A stretch of 62,365 bases of DNA, filler included, from Collodictyon triciliatum (taxonomy: Eukaryota), in NCBI GenBank assembly GCA_043381765.1. It is 17 parts of 17 records of this genome, joined end to end, with 100 filler letters (N's around TTAATTAATTAA, not from the genome) between each part and the next. Parts side by side here need not be neighbours in the genome. Positions count along the whole stretch, not along the records: positions 41,744 to 45,098 come from JBHJMP010007436.1; positions 45,199 to 48,552 come from JBHJMP010007437.1; positions 48,653 to 52,005 come from JBHJMP010007438.1; positions 52,106 to 55,458 come from JBHJMP010007439.1; 13 more parts are not named here. One strand, 5' to 3'. A program made the translations under genes and the position numbers. The notes under the pieces were generated by a model that saw nothing but the letters and a program-made list of their open reading frames with translations, did not search any database and was not told the origin of the DNA. Each line of letters opens with the position of its first letter. The stretch's first letter is position 1. Positions 42,097 to 55,558 of the stretch are shown one piece after another.

Positions 42097-44184
42097 ATTG
42101 TTTCGCTGCTAAATGCATAATCCGCAGACTGTTGATTGGCAAAATCTTCATAAACATCTTCTTTTATTGCAGTATCTTCGTAAGTACTCGAATGCTTAAA
42201 GCTGCCAAAATATCCCTCAAAGTCCTCGTCATATCGATTAGAACAAATGTCATAAGTGCCTGGTCGAAGGTGGCCATACTTTTGAAGAAATCCCTCCTTC
42301 GAAAGCATATTTTTCTTCATTTTTTCCTAGATTTATATGCAATTTGATGCCAGATTTAGAGCTTTAATAACATCAAGGCGCCTGTTTTAATTAAAAAATT
42401 TTTTATTATTACTGATGTATATCCTCACCACATCTTTTCCAAGAGTCTTACTAACAGTTTCCAAAGAGCACATAAAAGTATCGACCTCACTTTGTGATAT
42501 TACGTCATCTGTAACTAAAGATTGCAGAATTTGACGGGATATGAATGCTGCTCGAGCCAATCCAGCAAATGGCTTAGTGCCGTATCGTTTACAATCCTCT
42601 AGAAGGAAGTAGATCTTTTGCACAATATGCATATCCGAATCTAGAATCGCGGTATGTCTTTTCTGGAGCTTTTCAATCTTTGCCAACTCTTTCTGAACAA
42701 TACCTAAAAATTAATAAACTTTATGAATTTTTCTGCCAATTAATTTTAAACGCGACATTTTAGAAGATTTTTTGGTTTTATTTTAATATTGAAAAAAATG
42801 CAATTTGGGGTAGAACACTGAACTGTCGCATCAAATCATAAATTGATAAGTATGCTATTTAACAAACCATTATCTGCATTAATAAGATTTTCTGTCAGAG
42901 TGAGCAAGGATGCTTGGATTTCTTCAAGCTCGCTCATTTTGAAGCCATATCTTAACAATTCTTGCATTTCCTGGCGGATATTCGGATAGTAGCATGTAAA
43001 TGCGATGTTAAATTCCACTTTGTCATGGTTGGATGGACTCAGTCTTAATTTCTCTAGGTAATAACTTTTAAAATAACTCGAATCAGCACCTAACACAAAT
43101 TTATTTAATCAACAAATATGTAATTTTAGCAACGATATACAAAGAACCACAATCATGCGATAAAAATTTTTTAATGTGAAATTAATCTTGTGATTAGCCA
43201 TGTGAAAGTTTTGTTTTTGTGCTCGCGTTCAAAATTCATATTTGCTTACTTGACGAGTTTGTCAGCAAGTTGATTAGGAATGTCCTTCGGAATAAAAGAG
43301 TTGAAGCTAACACGTGAGTCGATGTATGGCCTCCCCAGGAAGGAGATCATCAGAGGAAATGCACCCATGTTTCGATATCCATAAGCATCTCGCTGAGATG
43401 CCCATACGGAGTCTGTGATCAACTCTCTGTACAAAGACAGAGCCAAAGGGCGTGGCTTAATCCCGATGATTTCAGCCGGGTTCCAATCGGGCATGACACC
43501 GTAGACAGTTCCTTTTCCAAGCAGGTCAATGTGGCCTTGGTCCATCATATTCTTTAACTTCTCACAAGTCTTCCTATGATAGTATAGAAGCTTGTCGCTG
43601 GCCACTGGCTTCAGGATTCGCGGTACCGACGCAATAGGGCGAACTTGGAGAAGATACAAGATGTTATAATCGTCTTCAGAGCAAGTGGAATCGCGGGGCA
43701 TATTTGGCTCACAAAAAGAAGGCATCGGGTTGTTCCACAGATGGAGCAGTTCGTGCGAGGTTAGAATGTCGATAGTACGAGCCGGAAGAAAAGGTGTGCC
43801 TGACTCTGGATTTGTAACAAAGACCTGCTTCCTAGGAGGTTTGGAGAGGGCAAACTCGATGTCGAGGAATGGGCAGTTGAAAAGAACACAAAGCCTTTCA
43901 GCCAACGCGTAGATACGCACATGCATGGAATCGCAAGGAGGAGTCGGTGCATTGCTCAGTCGGGTGATTGAGACAACATCGGCCACAGACGTGTCACCCG
44001 AGAGCCCGCCTGTCACAGCAGAGGTATGTCCGGCTTTGTCATAGCTCAGGTGGTAGTATGCAGATAGGCTTTCTGGGTCGGCCGTCAACAGGACACCACA
44101 CGCAACTGGCTTCTCAAGGCACTGCTGTACAATGACGTGCTGTGTGTCGGATAGCACATCACACACACAAAGCGAAGCAGAAAA

Positions 44185-44251
<67 letters not shown>

Positions 44252-44926
44252 ATAGGAAATATTTTGATAATACACATCTTGACTACTTGGATAATTAAAC
44301 AGATAGATAACTCAACGTTCGTAATAATTCAAATACCACACGAAACATCAATAATTTATCAAGAAATAGAAATAGAAATAGAAATAGAAATAGAAATAGA
44401 AATAGAAATAGAAATAGAAATAGAAATAGAAATAGAAATAGAAATAGAAATAGAAATAGAAAAAGAGACACCCCAAAAAATACGAGTGAAAAGTATCGGA
44501 CAAATAACAAAGCTCACAAAGAACAAATACTAAAAGAAAATTCGGTAGACCGAGGCTCGCCTCACACAGAACAGCTCCTACCTGATCGGCCTCAATCGGC
44601 AACCCGTACGAGTCAAAGACTCTCTCGATGGCCGCAGCCACACTTGCCGTGTCCTTTGCCGGGATATGAGACACAGTCAGAAACGCTCCGGCCATGGACG
44701 AAAGGTTTGTGTCTTCTCCGCTGTTGCTGCTTCGGACAAGCACACTGTCACCCCAGAGCGGAAGTTCCTCGCCAAGAGCGCTCATCAAAGCAGCGCGTTG
44801 GTCGGGCCTTCGCCACAGTCCGTGTGTCACAACAAAGAAGCAGGGAATCTCTTCGAGTGCTTCTCGGCGCAGATGCGGCGCTGCCCGCCAGAGATTCTCG
44901 GCTTTTGTGCCAAAGTCAAGCGCCAT
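42097..44926 (-). CDS. L-glutamine kinase-like (Campylobacter Cj1418 family; PPDK/PEP-synthase-like ATP-grasp), spliced, 3' truncated
   Basis: Five GT-AG exons (44582-44926, 43250-44139, 42868-43064, 42429-42703, 42097-42326) join in frame: [100 protein letters not shown]. Confidence 0.85.
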
Positions 44927-44981
44927 GGGTAGCTGTTGGTTGGCCTGTTTTTTTTGTTTTGTTTTGTTTTGTTTTGTTTTG

Positions 44982-45018
<37 letters not shown>

Positions 45019-45067
45019 TGTTTTGTTTTTGGTTTGTTTTTGTTTTTGTTTTTGTTTTTGTTTTTGT

Positions 45068-45098
<31 letters not shown>

Positions 45099-45198
45099 NN
45101 NNNNNNNNNNNNNNNNNNNNNNNNNNNNNNNNNNNNNNNNNNTTAATTAATTAANNNNNNNNNNNNNNNNNNNNNNNNNNNNNNNNNNNNNNNNNNNN

Positions 45199-46110
45199 TT
45201 TTTCCGAGGGTCTCTTCTTAGGGAAGACAAGGGTGACTCTCCAGGGGAGCTTGCTTTCTGTTCCATTTTGGGGCTGTTCATCGAAATCATGGTTCTTAGC
45301 TAGTGCCTGGGCATAGGCCCCCAAATCCTCCTCTGTTGGTTCTTTTTGGGTTGGGGGTGTCCTTTCAATATTTTTTGTCAGGGCCTCAGCATATGTGGCT
45401 CTATGTGTTGGACTCTCTCTGGGCTCAAGGCTCCTGGTTTCTTCTAAGGAGTGGTACCTTTCTGATTGCATCGAGGTCTCTACTTCCTTTTCATTCGGTT
45501 GTGGTTTCTCAGTGGGCATGCCATAGTTTGTTTTCTTCTTGACTTGTTTGTTAGAGTTCTCGCTACTACGTTCCGTGGCGGTTTTGGCAGGAGAGGATTT
45601 TGTGTTGAGGATTGCATGTCCATGTCCGGGCATCGCCGTTTCTTCGCTAGCAACTGATTGTCTGGTTTCCACCTGGGCTGGCTTTTGTTTGTTAGCCTGT
45701 TTTCGTTTGCCTGTGGATACCTCGGGGTTAGTAGGCGTGTCTTTAGTTGTAATCGGGGCTGGGGCTGGGCTCTTATATCCTTTCGGAAGAGTACTTGCTC
45801 TAGAGGGGTACCCTCCGACCATCTTGCGCTCCTCGTTGGTTGGGCTCGTCCGCGTGTATCAGGGGAATGAGGATTTACAAGATAGCTTTGGGCGAGCTGG
45901 TCTTATTAGTTTCTTGGGTGGGCACAATACTATTGATAGAAATTTATGCTCTGCAATCGAGATGGCAAGACGAATCCCTGTCCATTGCTGGCTAAGGACA
46001 CGATACTTTCCGATATATTTTTTTTTTGGTTGAAAATCCTGGTGTCCGCGCTCTTGAGAATTTTCTCACTTTAGGAGCAGTCAGGTTCGCAGAGCAGGTG
46101 AGCAGTGTAT
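45199..46110 (-). mobile_element. 5' UTR and gag-like ORF1 of a non-LTR retrotransposon (partial)
   Basis: An intronless low-complexity ORF of over 200 aa with TYAEAL/AYAQAL motifs, open to the contig end. Confidence 0.5.
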
Positions 46111-47359
46111 CTCTCTCTTTGACTAGGTAGTGGTAACCACTTTATCGGATTTAAATAACTCTTGGACTGAACCCAGTTAACATCGATTAGATGAACGATT
46201 AATTAGTATTCAAAAATATTGTTACAGTGAAATTTTAAAACAGGATATTGATAAGTGTGCAACCTTGAAGACATATTTTAGCTGGAATGAGAGTGTTTGA
46301 GCGAACGAGAAGAGCTGAAAGGGCCTGTCGGTGATGAATACTGTCGTGTTTTCTTTTCTCGGGAAGCAACTCCGAGTCTGATGGCTGAGTCTTTCATAAT
46401 TATAAAAGTCACTTCCTTATCGTTGCACTTTCGGGCTTTCATTACATCTCGTAGTTTATTGTACATATTCGAGCAGTTTGCGAAGGAAAGGATTTTTCAT
46501 TATTTTCGTATAGGTAAATGAAGCAGTCTTTTTGTCTTTAAAGAATTTGCTCTATATCGCTTACATTAATTGGGGTATGTCAGTCACTTATTATTGATTG
46601 AGAGTCTGTATCCCGACGCAAGCTCGCCCCTTCACATGATGTTCACGCCATTAGAGTTCTGGTCTCATGCGATTTCATTATGAATTCAATTGAATCTGTG
46701 GAGGTGTATTAATAAGCAATAAAACAATATCCATAAACATTCAACACTACGAAAGATAAGCAAATGAGAAAAGGAAAGAACTCAGTTTGGACATCCCATA
46801 CCATTTTTATAATAGGTTATAATATAGATTGAAAATATTTACAATTTGTGGTATGTCGAATACTGCGTCATAAATTTTCCGAATTTTTGCAGCAGGAATA
46901 CACGTCGTGCATCATTGGGTGATATCGCACCTGGAGCATTCGAGAATGTTCTGCCTTCCCAATCACCACACGAGCCACACACCGCACACGAGCGACACAC
47001 AGCCCAATCCGTCCACTATATATTGAGATGGCCGCATCTTCATTCGGACGGATGATTCGCCGGCCTTAGTGGGATATTTAACCTTCGTCCCGTCGAAATC
47101 GCTGCTGCCTTGCGCTCTGCCTTTCTCGCCACCTTATCACATCACTCATTCGCAATGCGCGTTCTATTCTCTGTGTGCACAACCGCACTGCTCTCACCCC
47201 AGCAACCCCAGTCTGTGTTACTTGTCAAGTGCAGTCGCAAAACAAATAAACACCGCTGTGCACTAACACAACCCAGTCCACCCGCCCACACAGCCCCCAG
47301 AACCCGTCCACACAACCCCCAGAACCCGCCCAAGCCGCCCCCGCCCCACTTCTGTCGGC

Positions 47360-48552
47360 ATGGCCGACGAGGCCGCGCTTTTAGAAGAAGTCCGAAAGAT
47401 CGCCGGGGAATCCGACATCGCCTCTTTAAAAAGCTCCAAGAGTCTGGATCTCCGATCCAAGAATCTGACTTCCGTACTGCGTGGTGTCTTCTTGTTGTCT
47501 GGTGTGAAAATATTGGGCCTTGATGGCAATCAGTTGTCATCGCTGCCTCCACAAATATCGTGCTTGACTGGTCTCACGGCTCTTGGTGTTAGTGACAATC
47601 AGTTGTCGTCGCTGCCTCCAGAAATATCTTGTTTGATTGGTCTCGAATGGATTAATGTTGGTGGCAACAAGTTGTTATCACTACCTGCTCAAATATTGTG
47701 TTTGACTGGTCTGAAAAGATTGGAACTTTTGGGAAATCATTTGCCATCGCTGCCTCCACAAATATCGTGCTTGACTGGTCTCATAAAACTTAGTGTTGAT
47801 GGCAACCAGTTGTCATTGCTGCCTCCACAAATATCGTGTTTGACTGGTCTCACACGGCTTAGTGTCAGTGAAAATCAGTTGTCATCGTTGCCTCCACAAA
47901 TATCGTGTTTGACTGGTATCACATATCTTAGTGTTAGTGACAACCCGGTATGTTTTTTTTATTCATTTACTACTATTTTTATTTATGTTAAAAAGAGAAA
48001 GTCACTGACAACAATACATGCAGATGGAGGAGCTTCCACCACAATTTACATCGCTCACAAATATGAGGACGCTCTACATCAAATACGGTGGAAGAATGAA
48101 CATAAAGAGAGCGCCGCGTGGCATCACAGCCCTTCCAGTGTGGAACAACACATCAAACGAGGACTACAAACACATCCGAAAGCTGCAGCTCTACGACCCC
48201 GTAAACACATAAAGATAAAAAAAATAACAAAGAAAAGTATCCTAAACACACAAAAAAAACAGGAAGACGAAATTCTAAAGCCGGGATGGACACCAAGCGA
48301 GGCATATATCCAGCTCCACTCGCTGAATTTCACGGGAAGAAACATCTCCGCGCTTCCTGCCAACATCTCCCTCCTGGTGAATCTGAGCTCCATCGACATC
48401 AGCCAGAACAAGGTATGTGAAACAAAATCACCGTAATAAGCATAAATCTTAATAATCGATAAACAACAAGTCCAAATGATTTGGCACTAATTAAATTTCT
48501 GCATGATGACCACATGGCATCACTCGATATATCCACCAACCTGATTAAACTC
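47360..48552 (+). CDS. Intracellular leucine-rich repeat protein, 3' truncated
   Basis: About seven 23-aa repeats L.VSDNQLSSLPPQISCLTGL; GT-AG introns at ~47948-48023 and ~48201-48262. Confidence 0.9.
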
Positions 48553-49065
48553 NNNNNNNNNNNNNNNNNNNNNNNNNNNNNNNNNNNNNNNNNNNNTTAA
48601 TTAATTAANNNNNNNNNNNNNNNNNNNNNNNNNNNNNNNNNNNNNNNNNNNNCCTCAAAAAGAAAAGGAAAAAAAAAAAAAAGAGACCGTGTGGGATTTT
48701 TGGTGGTGCTTCTACCGCGCTTTATTGTCACAATTGTTGCTTGATGTAATATGGTTGGGTGTGTGTGTGTAGATTGTGGCTGGTTTGCTTATTGGTATCG
48801 GTTGTTGCTGGCTCATTTGCTTCGGATGTAAAAGACTTCTTTGGCACGAAAGCAAAGATTGTGTGTGGTGTTTTGGGAAATCATGACCATCGACACTTAC
48901 AAAATGGTTTAAGCGTGGCTGGAGCAGCATGGCCCATATCAAAAATATGGCTTCCACTTTATTCATTTGTTAACACAAAGCAGCTGAAAATATACAAGAC
49001 AGAATGGAATAAAATAGAATATAAAATAGAATAAAATAAAGAGCAAATATAATTCAAAAAAGTTA

Positions 49066-51598
49066 TCAATACTTGCAAATCTTTCCTTCTGCGAGCGAAA
49101 CATAGAAATGCGACTTGCCAAATACTGCATCCATGGGTTCATTCGTGGAAATAATCTTCAAAAGCTCTCCATCTTCGGTATAGAAAGCGATGCGATTATT
49201 ATGCGAATCTATCACCACAAACCCATTATCCACACTTGCAGAGAGCGAAACCAATCCGCCTACTTGCTGAATAGGAATGTCTCTAATCCAGGACCCGTCA
49301 TTTGAATAGCACCGAACTACATCCCCCCTGTAAGCCAAGGCTAGTATCTCGTTGGCCTGGTTCACCGCTATCGCTTGCACCCCATCAAAGTCTATTGCAA
49401 AGGACGCCTCCCATTTTTTTGTATCCCTCCATTTCTGAATGCATGGACCGGACGGGTTGCTCACAAAGAGGTTTCCATACGAGTCGAAAGCGACACCGTG
49501 TGGTGTTCCCATGTACAACGGCCGCTCTATCTTTCCAGGGATAACTAGAAGAAACTCAAAGTTTTCCTTAAAGATTTGGACTCTGTGGTTTCCTGTATCT
49601 GAAACAGCTATGATTCCTTGGTCCGATATCGATATGTTGCGAGGGTAATAAAATTCTCCTGGATTTGCTCCTTTACGCCCGAATGTCTGAACGGGGATAA
49701 GTGTTGGGTTATATACCCGGACGCAATGATGGAATGGATCGATTATATGGACGTACCCATCCCTGGGGTCGATAGACACTCCATATGCACCCACATTTCC
49801 GACAGATTCTTTTTCATCGACATCGATTCTGTCGTGCGGGGGTGTGGATATTACCACGGTTTCCTCGGGTTCTGAGATTTCTTGTATATCTCTCTCTATC
49901 ACATTCGTGATAAAGACAAGGACCCACTCTTTGCACAGGTGCTTTTCGATGGGTCTATTAAGCGAGAGCTCTAATGTATCGGGCATTTGCATTTGCACAT
50001 AGTATCGACGCCTCTCAGCAGTACAAGGAGGATTCTTTTGATTTAAAATCTCGTCCAAGTTGTGGAGTGTGTATGGAATCAAAAGGCTACATCCTGTTTG
50101 TTGATAAAAGTCTACCGCCTCCATGTACGCCTCCACTGAGCCGTTCAATCGCATCTCTAAACCGGTGACAGAATCGTAGTTTTCCTGTACTCCGAAAATC
50201 AAGTCCCGTGATTTTTCTTTGACCTGAGAATAGTTTGGAATGAAATAAATCAATAAATACCACATCCATGTCACATATAACGATCAGGAGACAGGTTTAG
50301 TATATTTCCGAAATAGGAGATTTCCAAGTCTCTTAAAGTATTTGATTCGTTTTCTTTTTCCATTTTAGTGACCAGGAAATACAAGCTAAATTGACTTTTC
50401 ATACTTATATCTGTGGATATAGCAAACATGGCAAGAGAATGCATGCAATTATGCCATACCGCTTCCTTGGCCTCTATTTCTAGTACATCTAATCGTTGGC
50501 GTAACTCTTGAAAATATGACTTTATATTTGCTGCTTGGCTATCAAAAGTATCTGTCACCTATATCAACATACATTTGTATAAGCGCCTGCAGAGAAAAAT
50601 GGGAGAAATAAAAAAAAACTATTTTTCGATCATTACAAATCGTAAAAAAAATTATAGAATTCATAATAGATCGAGTAATTGAAGGGCTGATCACCGATGA
50701 AATGTATTTCTTGAGAGGCAACTTTAAGGTTTCCAATTCAAGAATACGGTCATTGACCCTCTTTAGGAGCTCATCTCCTTTCTTGAGATAGGCCTGAATG
50801 GATTCATCCACAACTCGCAGAGGATGTACGGTGGTTGATTTTATATCTTCGTCGCGGCATACTGAACATTTGAATGGATTCAAATGACAACATTCACATG
50901 CCCATTTAATTGGCTGTCGGTGATGTTTTGGACATCCTTTTAGAACCTCGTTTTCTTCGAGGTCTTGAATAACAAGGGCATTACTAGTTGCAGATTTTTT
51001 TTTCGTGTTCAAAGCTATTCAGCAGTCTTCTGGGAGAGTGAAGGAAACCTCATTTAAATAAGAATGATATGGTATGGAATGAGAATACACTTACACTACT
51101 GTATGTAATTTATTTAGGTGGAAGTGATTATGCTCCTCTAAACACTTTGGGCATAATGGCCCACAACCTGTTTGGCAGTAATACGGGGCCATAGATTTGC
51201 ATCCAATACATGTGTACATCCTTTTTTTTGAATCGAGGAGCTCGCGTAGCTTCCCAAGGATATCAAACTTTTCTAAGCTCAGCATCTCCTCCTGCGATAG
51301 TGTAGACATATCTCCACAGATGAAGCAGGTGACAGCTCTGTCTAATTCAGATGCAACAGACCAGTCATCCTTAATGCAGCTATAGCAAAATGCATGTTGG
51401 CATTTGAGGAAACGTGGGTCGTCGATGGTAGAGGAGCATCTTTTGCAGGTCAGAATTCTTTCCAGATTGCTTCATTTCCATTTAATTGAATGGGTTGTTT
51501 CAGTTAAAGAACGTAAGAGCAGTGTATTTTTATGAATATAAGTCATGTATCCATAAAAAGGTATTGACTAACCTATGACAACCTCGCTTGCGGATCAT
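49066..51598 (-). CDS. TRIM-NHL-like protein (RING, B-box 1, B-box 2, coiled coil, NHL repeats)
   Basis: RING: CKRC..PRFLKCQHAFCYSC..CFIC. B-box: CIGC..YCQTGCGPLCPKCLEEH..H. B-box: CPKH..CECC..CSVC..H. NHL: FGRKGANPGEFYYPRNI..VSDTGNHRVQIF. One junction needs an A-run correction near 51000. Confidence 0.85.
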
Positions 51599-51938
51599 TT
51601 GCTATTGCCTTGGTTATTATGATGTCTCTCCCACGGAAGACCGGAGAAAAGCTTCCAATATTATCAATTGTGTTTTGCCGCTGTAATCCTCTCCAGCTCC
51701 TAAGTGAAAGAAATTGTTTGTATGTGTATATAAAAATATGAAAGGGTCATATCCGACAGTTAGACATTCGAGTGGTTCCATTCATACGAGTAAACCAGAC
51801 CTAAGAAGGGTGCGAATATTCTCAGCAATCAGCTCTGAGTGATTTCTTGGCCGGATCGGCTTTCCTCTTTGTGCAGGAAATGAACACTCTTTTGCATTTT
51901 CCATCTCTCTCTTTTTTTTTTTTTTTTTTTTATTCTCT

Positions 51939-52005
<67 letters not shown>

Positions 52006-52105
52006 NNNNNNNNNNNNNNNNNNNNNNNNNNNNNNNNNNNNNNNNNNNNTTAATTAATTAANNNNNNNNNNNNNNNNNNNNNNNNNNNNNNNNNNNNNNN
52101 NNNNN

Positions 52106-52220
52106 ACCGACTACTTCTCCGCCACCCGGCCACCAAGTAGCGTCCATGCAAACGATGGCTAGCGAACCAAAGCCAACATCTTCACCATCCTGCACAAAAT
52201 TGAAAGGAGGAATAAAAAAA
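52106..52220 (+). mobile_element. Family-B LINE 3' end
   Basis: Matches 20330-20420 and ends in GAATAAAAAAA. Confidence 0.75.
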
Positions 52221-54391
52221 CTGAAAGCAAACCGAGAAATTCCTGATATGCAATATTTTAGAAAATAATTCAATTTTGAATGCAATTGGTGAATAAATCA
52301 AATAAAAAGCCTTTCTTTACATTAATTTTCATAAAAAAATTACTTGTATTAATCACATTGAAGGTAATGGTCTTGGAACTAGTTTTTCTATCAAATAAAA
52401 ATGAATTAGAAAAATACAGATTCTAATATATTATAAGTTTATATCTTAAATAATAAAATGCAAGTAGAGACCCACACTTTTAGAATGCCAGTAAAAAGAA
52501 GATCTACATATTCAGAAAATATATTAAATAAACTTTTATTGCTTATTTAGTAACATCTTGAAGTAATATAGGTAAAATTATATCCTCTTTTTAGAGATAT
52601 AATATATATCTTTCTGCTCAAATGAGGAAATACTTAAGAAATACTTGAAAATGAATCCAAGAATTATTAAACTAAAAAGGGATAAATTTTTCAAATGCGT
52701 CATTAAAAAAATTTAAAACTAAACATCACAATAAAGCCTATTATTCATGTCTCTTTAAGACAAAATTATCAATGAATAAGATATTGATTAGTTACTAGCA
52801 AACAAAACAAGTTCTCGAGGAAATAAAAATAAGAAATCTGTAAAAAAAAGCCATTTATTTTTCAGTTGCTCACAAAATCAAAATGACCATATGCCAAAAA
52901 TTCATATCAGTCATTTAAGAAGCGACTGAATCATAAGCCCGATTTATTTATATAAAATTGGTGAAAATATATATAAATGTTATCTTAAAACATCTCAGCC
53001 TTCAATAAAATTGCCCGAAAGACATAACATTGAAAAGAAAAATTATAGAAATGTATTATCAAATCAATATTAACGGCACATACTGACTTAAAATTTGAAA
53101 CTTAAGTCCGGATATCATATACAACATCAATATTACGGTATCATAATGATTCTATAAAAATAAACACATAATCGATGCAGAAATAGTTTAACAGAAATTC
53201 AAGCCTATCAGGTACGAGATATATTGGTGATTATGAGACCATCATGAGAACCCTATCCAAATAACACCTCAAGAGAGAATTTGGTCATCAATCATTCTCC
53301 TCATTTGACGCTAACAACAAAAAACGCAAACACCAGACATACATAAGACGTGTTCGATATATTGCATGACTAAGTTCAAAGATTGGTAACTAGAGTATTG
53401 GATACTTAATTCAATACATAGCTAACAAAAAGAAAAATCGAACGATAAAATGTGCTGATATAATACCATTAGCTTTATATACAAAGACAAAAGATATTAA
53501 AAAATTCTGAGGAATAGGTATAAAAAAATTATCTAAATTGAGCTATTAGAAAATGACATGTGCCTTTGATTTAATCATCAATTTTCTTCTCTTATAACAG
53601 TATCAAGCACATCCAAAAACTGAATTAGACTTAAAAACTTTGGTTAGAATAGCCTATGCGTACAGATCCTCTCATTACTTTCGATCTCTCTAATCTACTC
53701 TTTTTATACCTATTTTGGCACTAAAACTAAAACCTCACTATCCAAGGGTTTACACAGTCTCTCTCATAGCTTATTATACTATTTTAAAGTCAAAAGTATT
53801 TACCTTTTTGCTTACTTGGAATAAATAATTAAAGAAACCAAGAAATTGATACAAGAAACCGAAATAGATGAGACTTCAATTTCTCTAGGAATATCTTCTT
53901 TTTTAAACTTTGAAGGGATGAAAATATAAACATCTCTGACACGCAATAAGTTCTATAATTAAACGCGCATTAACATCGCACATGTTAAACACGATCTTTA
54001 GAAATTACATTTATAGGATTTTCTCGAAGAACAGCATTATCCTCTTAGCCAGGGGATCGATAGAAACACTAAATGTTGATATATTACTGACATTAGTCTA
54101 TATTAATCAAATTTAGTATATAAAATACTCTCATAGCCTCTGAGCACTTTTCAACTTTTCAAATGAATTAAAAAACATGAATTAATTCATTAAAATTCAA
54201 TAACTTTGCGGCAATTAACAAAATTTCAAAAAAATACCAGTAATTTTTGCAATTGGCTCCAATATATGATAATACAAAATATATTTCATTTTTCTATAAT
54301 GATTGAAAGTCTTAAAATTAAGTTGATTATCATCATTAATACATGAAAATCTCTATTGAAATATTGATAAGAAATTTGAATTAAAAATGTA

Positions 54392-54610
54392 ATTAGTATC
54401 GATTGCTATTGTATCTACTACTGTCTAATGAATGTAAATCTTGCCGCTATTATGCCTATTCATCTGATAAATTGGTAGCTGTGCATTTTATCTTATCTTT
54501 TGAAATACATTATTAGTATCGATTGCTATTGTATCTATTACTGTCTAATGATTGTAAATCTCGCCGCTATTATGCCTATTCATCTGATAAATTGGTAGCT
54601 GTGCATTTTA
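54392..54610. repeat. 99-bp direct repeat, period 120 bp
   Basis: 54392-54490 and 54512-54610 are nearly identical. Confidence 0.9.
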
Positions 54611-55279
54611 ATTTATGTATTGATCAATTTGATTTCCACTTTTGAATTCCTATATATTCAAATTTTAAAAAATCTATTATATAATAATAGTTTCATTTTT
54701 TAAAAAAAATCAGCATATATAAAGAGGAAACAATGCCACCTCGAAAATTTCATCGGCTGTACCACTTGACCACAAAACAATCTATTTCAACAGGATGTTA
54801 GATATTACGGACAAAGAAGCCTATAATTTGATAGCTAGATTCTATTAATCCACCCACCTGGCCACGAAAATATATCTCTTCTGTTAAACACATAATCAAA
54901 CTGCCCGATCATCTTGCTCCTAAAAAAGTATTATCCTACACTCTTTACACTGCTTGAACTATTATGTATCTCAATATTTTATTACAATTCTAAAAGCTTT
55001 ACTTGTCCATTTCTGCGTTTTATTTTAATCACCTAGCTCATATATATTTTTTGAGACGAATTGCTTAAGTATTTACACGATGATGGCTTCTTATGATCAA
55101 TAACTCTGATCATCTCTTTATTAATGCACATATCACACATTGAATTTAATATTTTCATCACTTTCTATGCAATTTTAGACAAATGCTCTCTCAAAGAGCA
55201 GATCGAACTCAACCATTCATGTTTTCTTTGGCTTAATTATTATGTTTTTTACGGCTAAATATAGTTTAGAACCGACAAT

Positions 55280-55458
55280 ATGCGTTGTTTGTTTACAAAT
55301 CGCTTTCTGAGTGCGACCTTTATTGTGATTGCACTCGCACTCTGTACCACGTTTGCTTCCGCATTCACTGAGGACGACGTCTGGAGCGAAGTTCGCCGTA
55401 AGCTAGACAGCTATACACCGCTTCCAAACATCGCACTCATCATTGGGGACGACCGTGG
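55280..55458 (+). CDS. Secreted protein N-terminus (possibly a beta-lactamase-like serine hydrolase)
   Basis: A signal peptide is followed by WSEVRRKLD..LPNIALIIGDDR; truncated by the contig end, so the family guess is weak. Confidence 0.5.
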
Positions 55459-55558
55459 NNNNNNNNNNNNNNNNNNNNNNNNNNNNNNNNNNNNNNNNNN
55501 NNTTAATTAATTAANNNNNNNNNNNNNNNNNNNNNNNNNNNNNNNNNNNNNNNNNNNN

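Noticed and set aside
41744-45098. Bacterial contaminant contig
   Set aside because: The gene has four frame-consistent GT-AG introns between its five exons, and the contig carries host-type simple repeats.
52300-54100. Decayed LINE reverse transcriptase
   Set aside because: Only faint motif echoes in AT-rich, stop-rich sequence; not supportable without a search.
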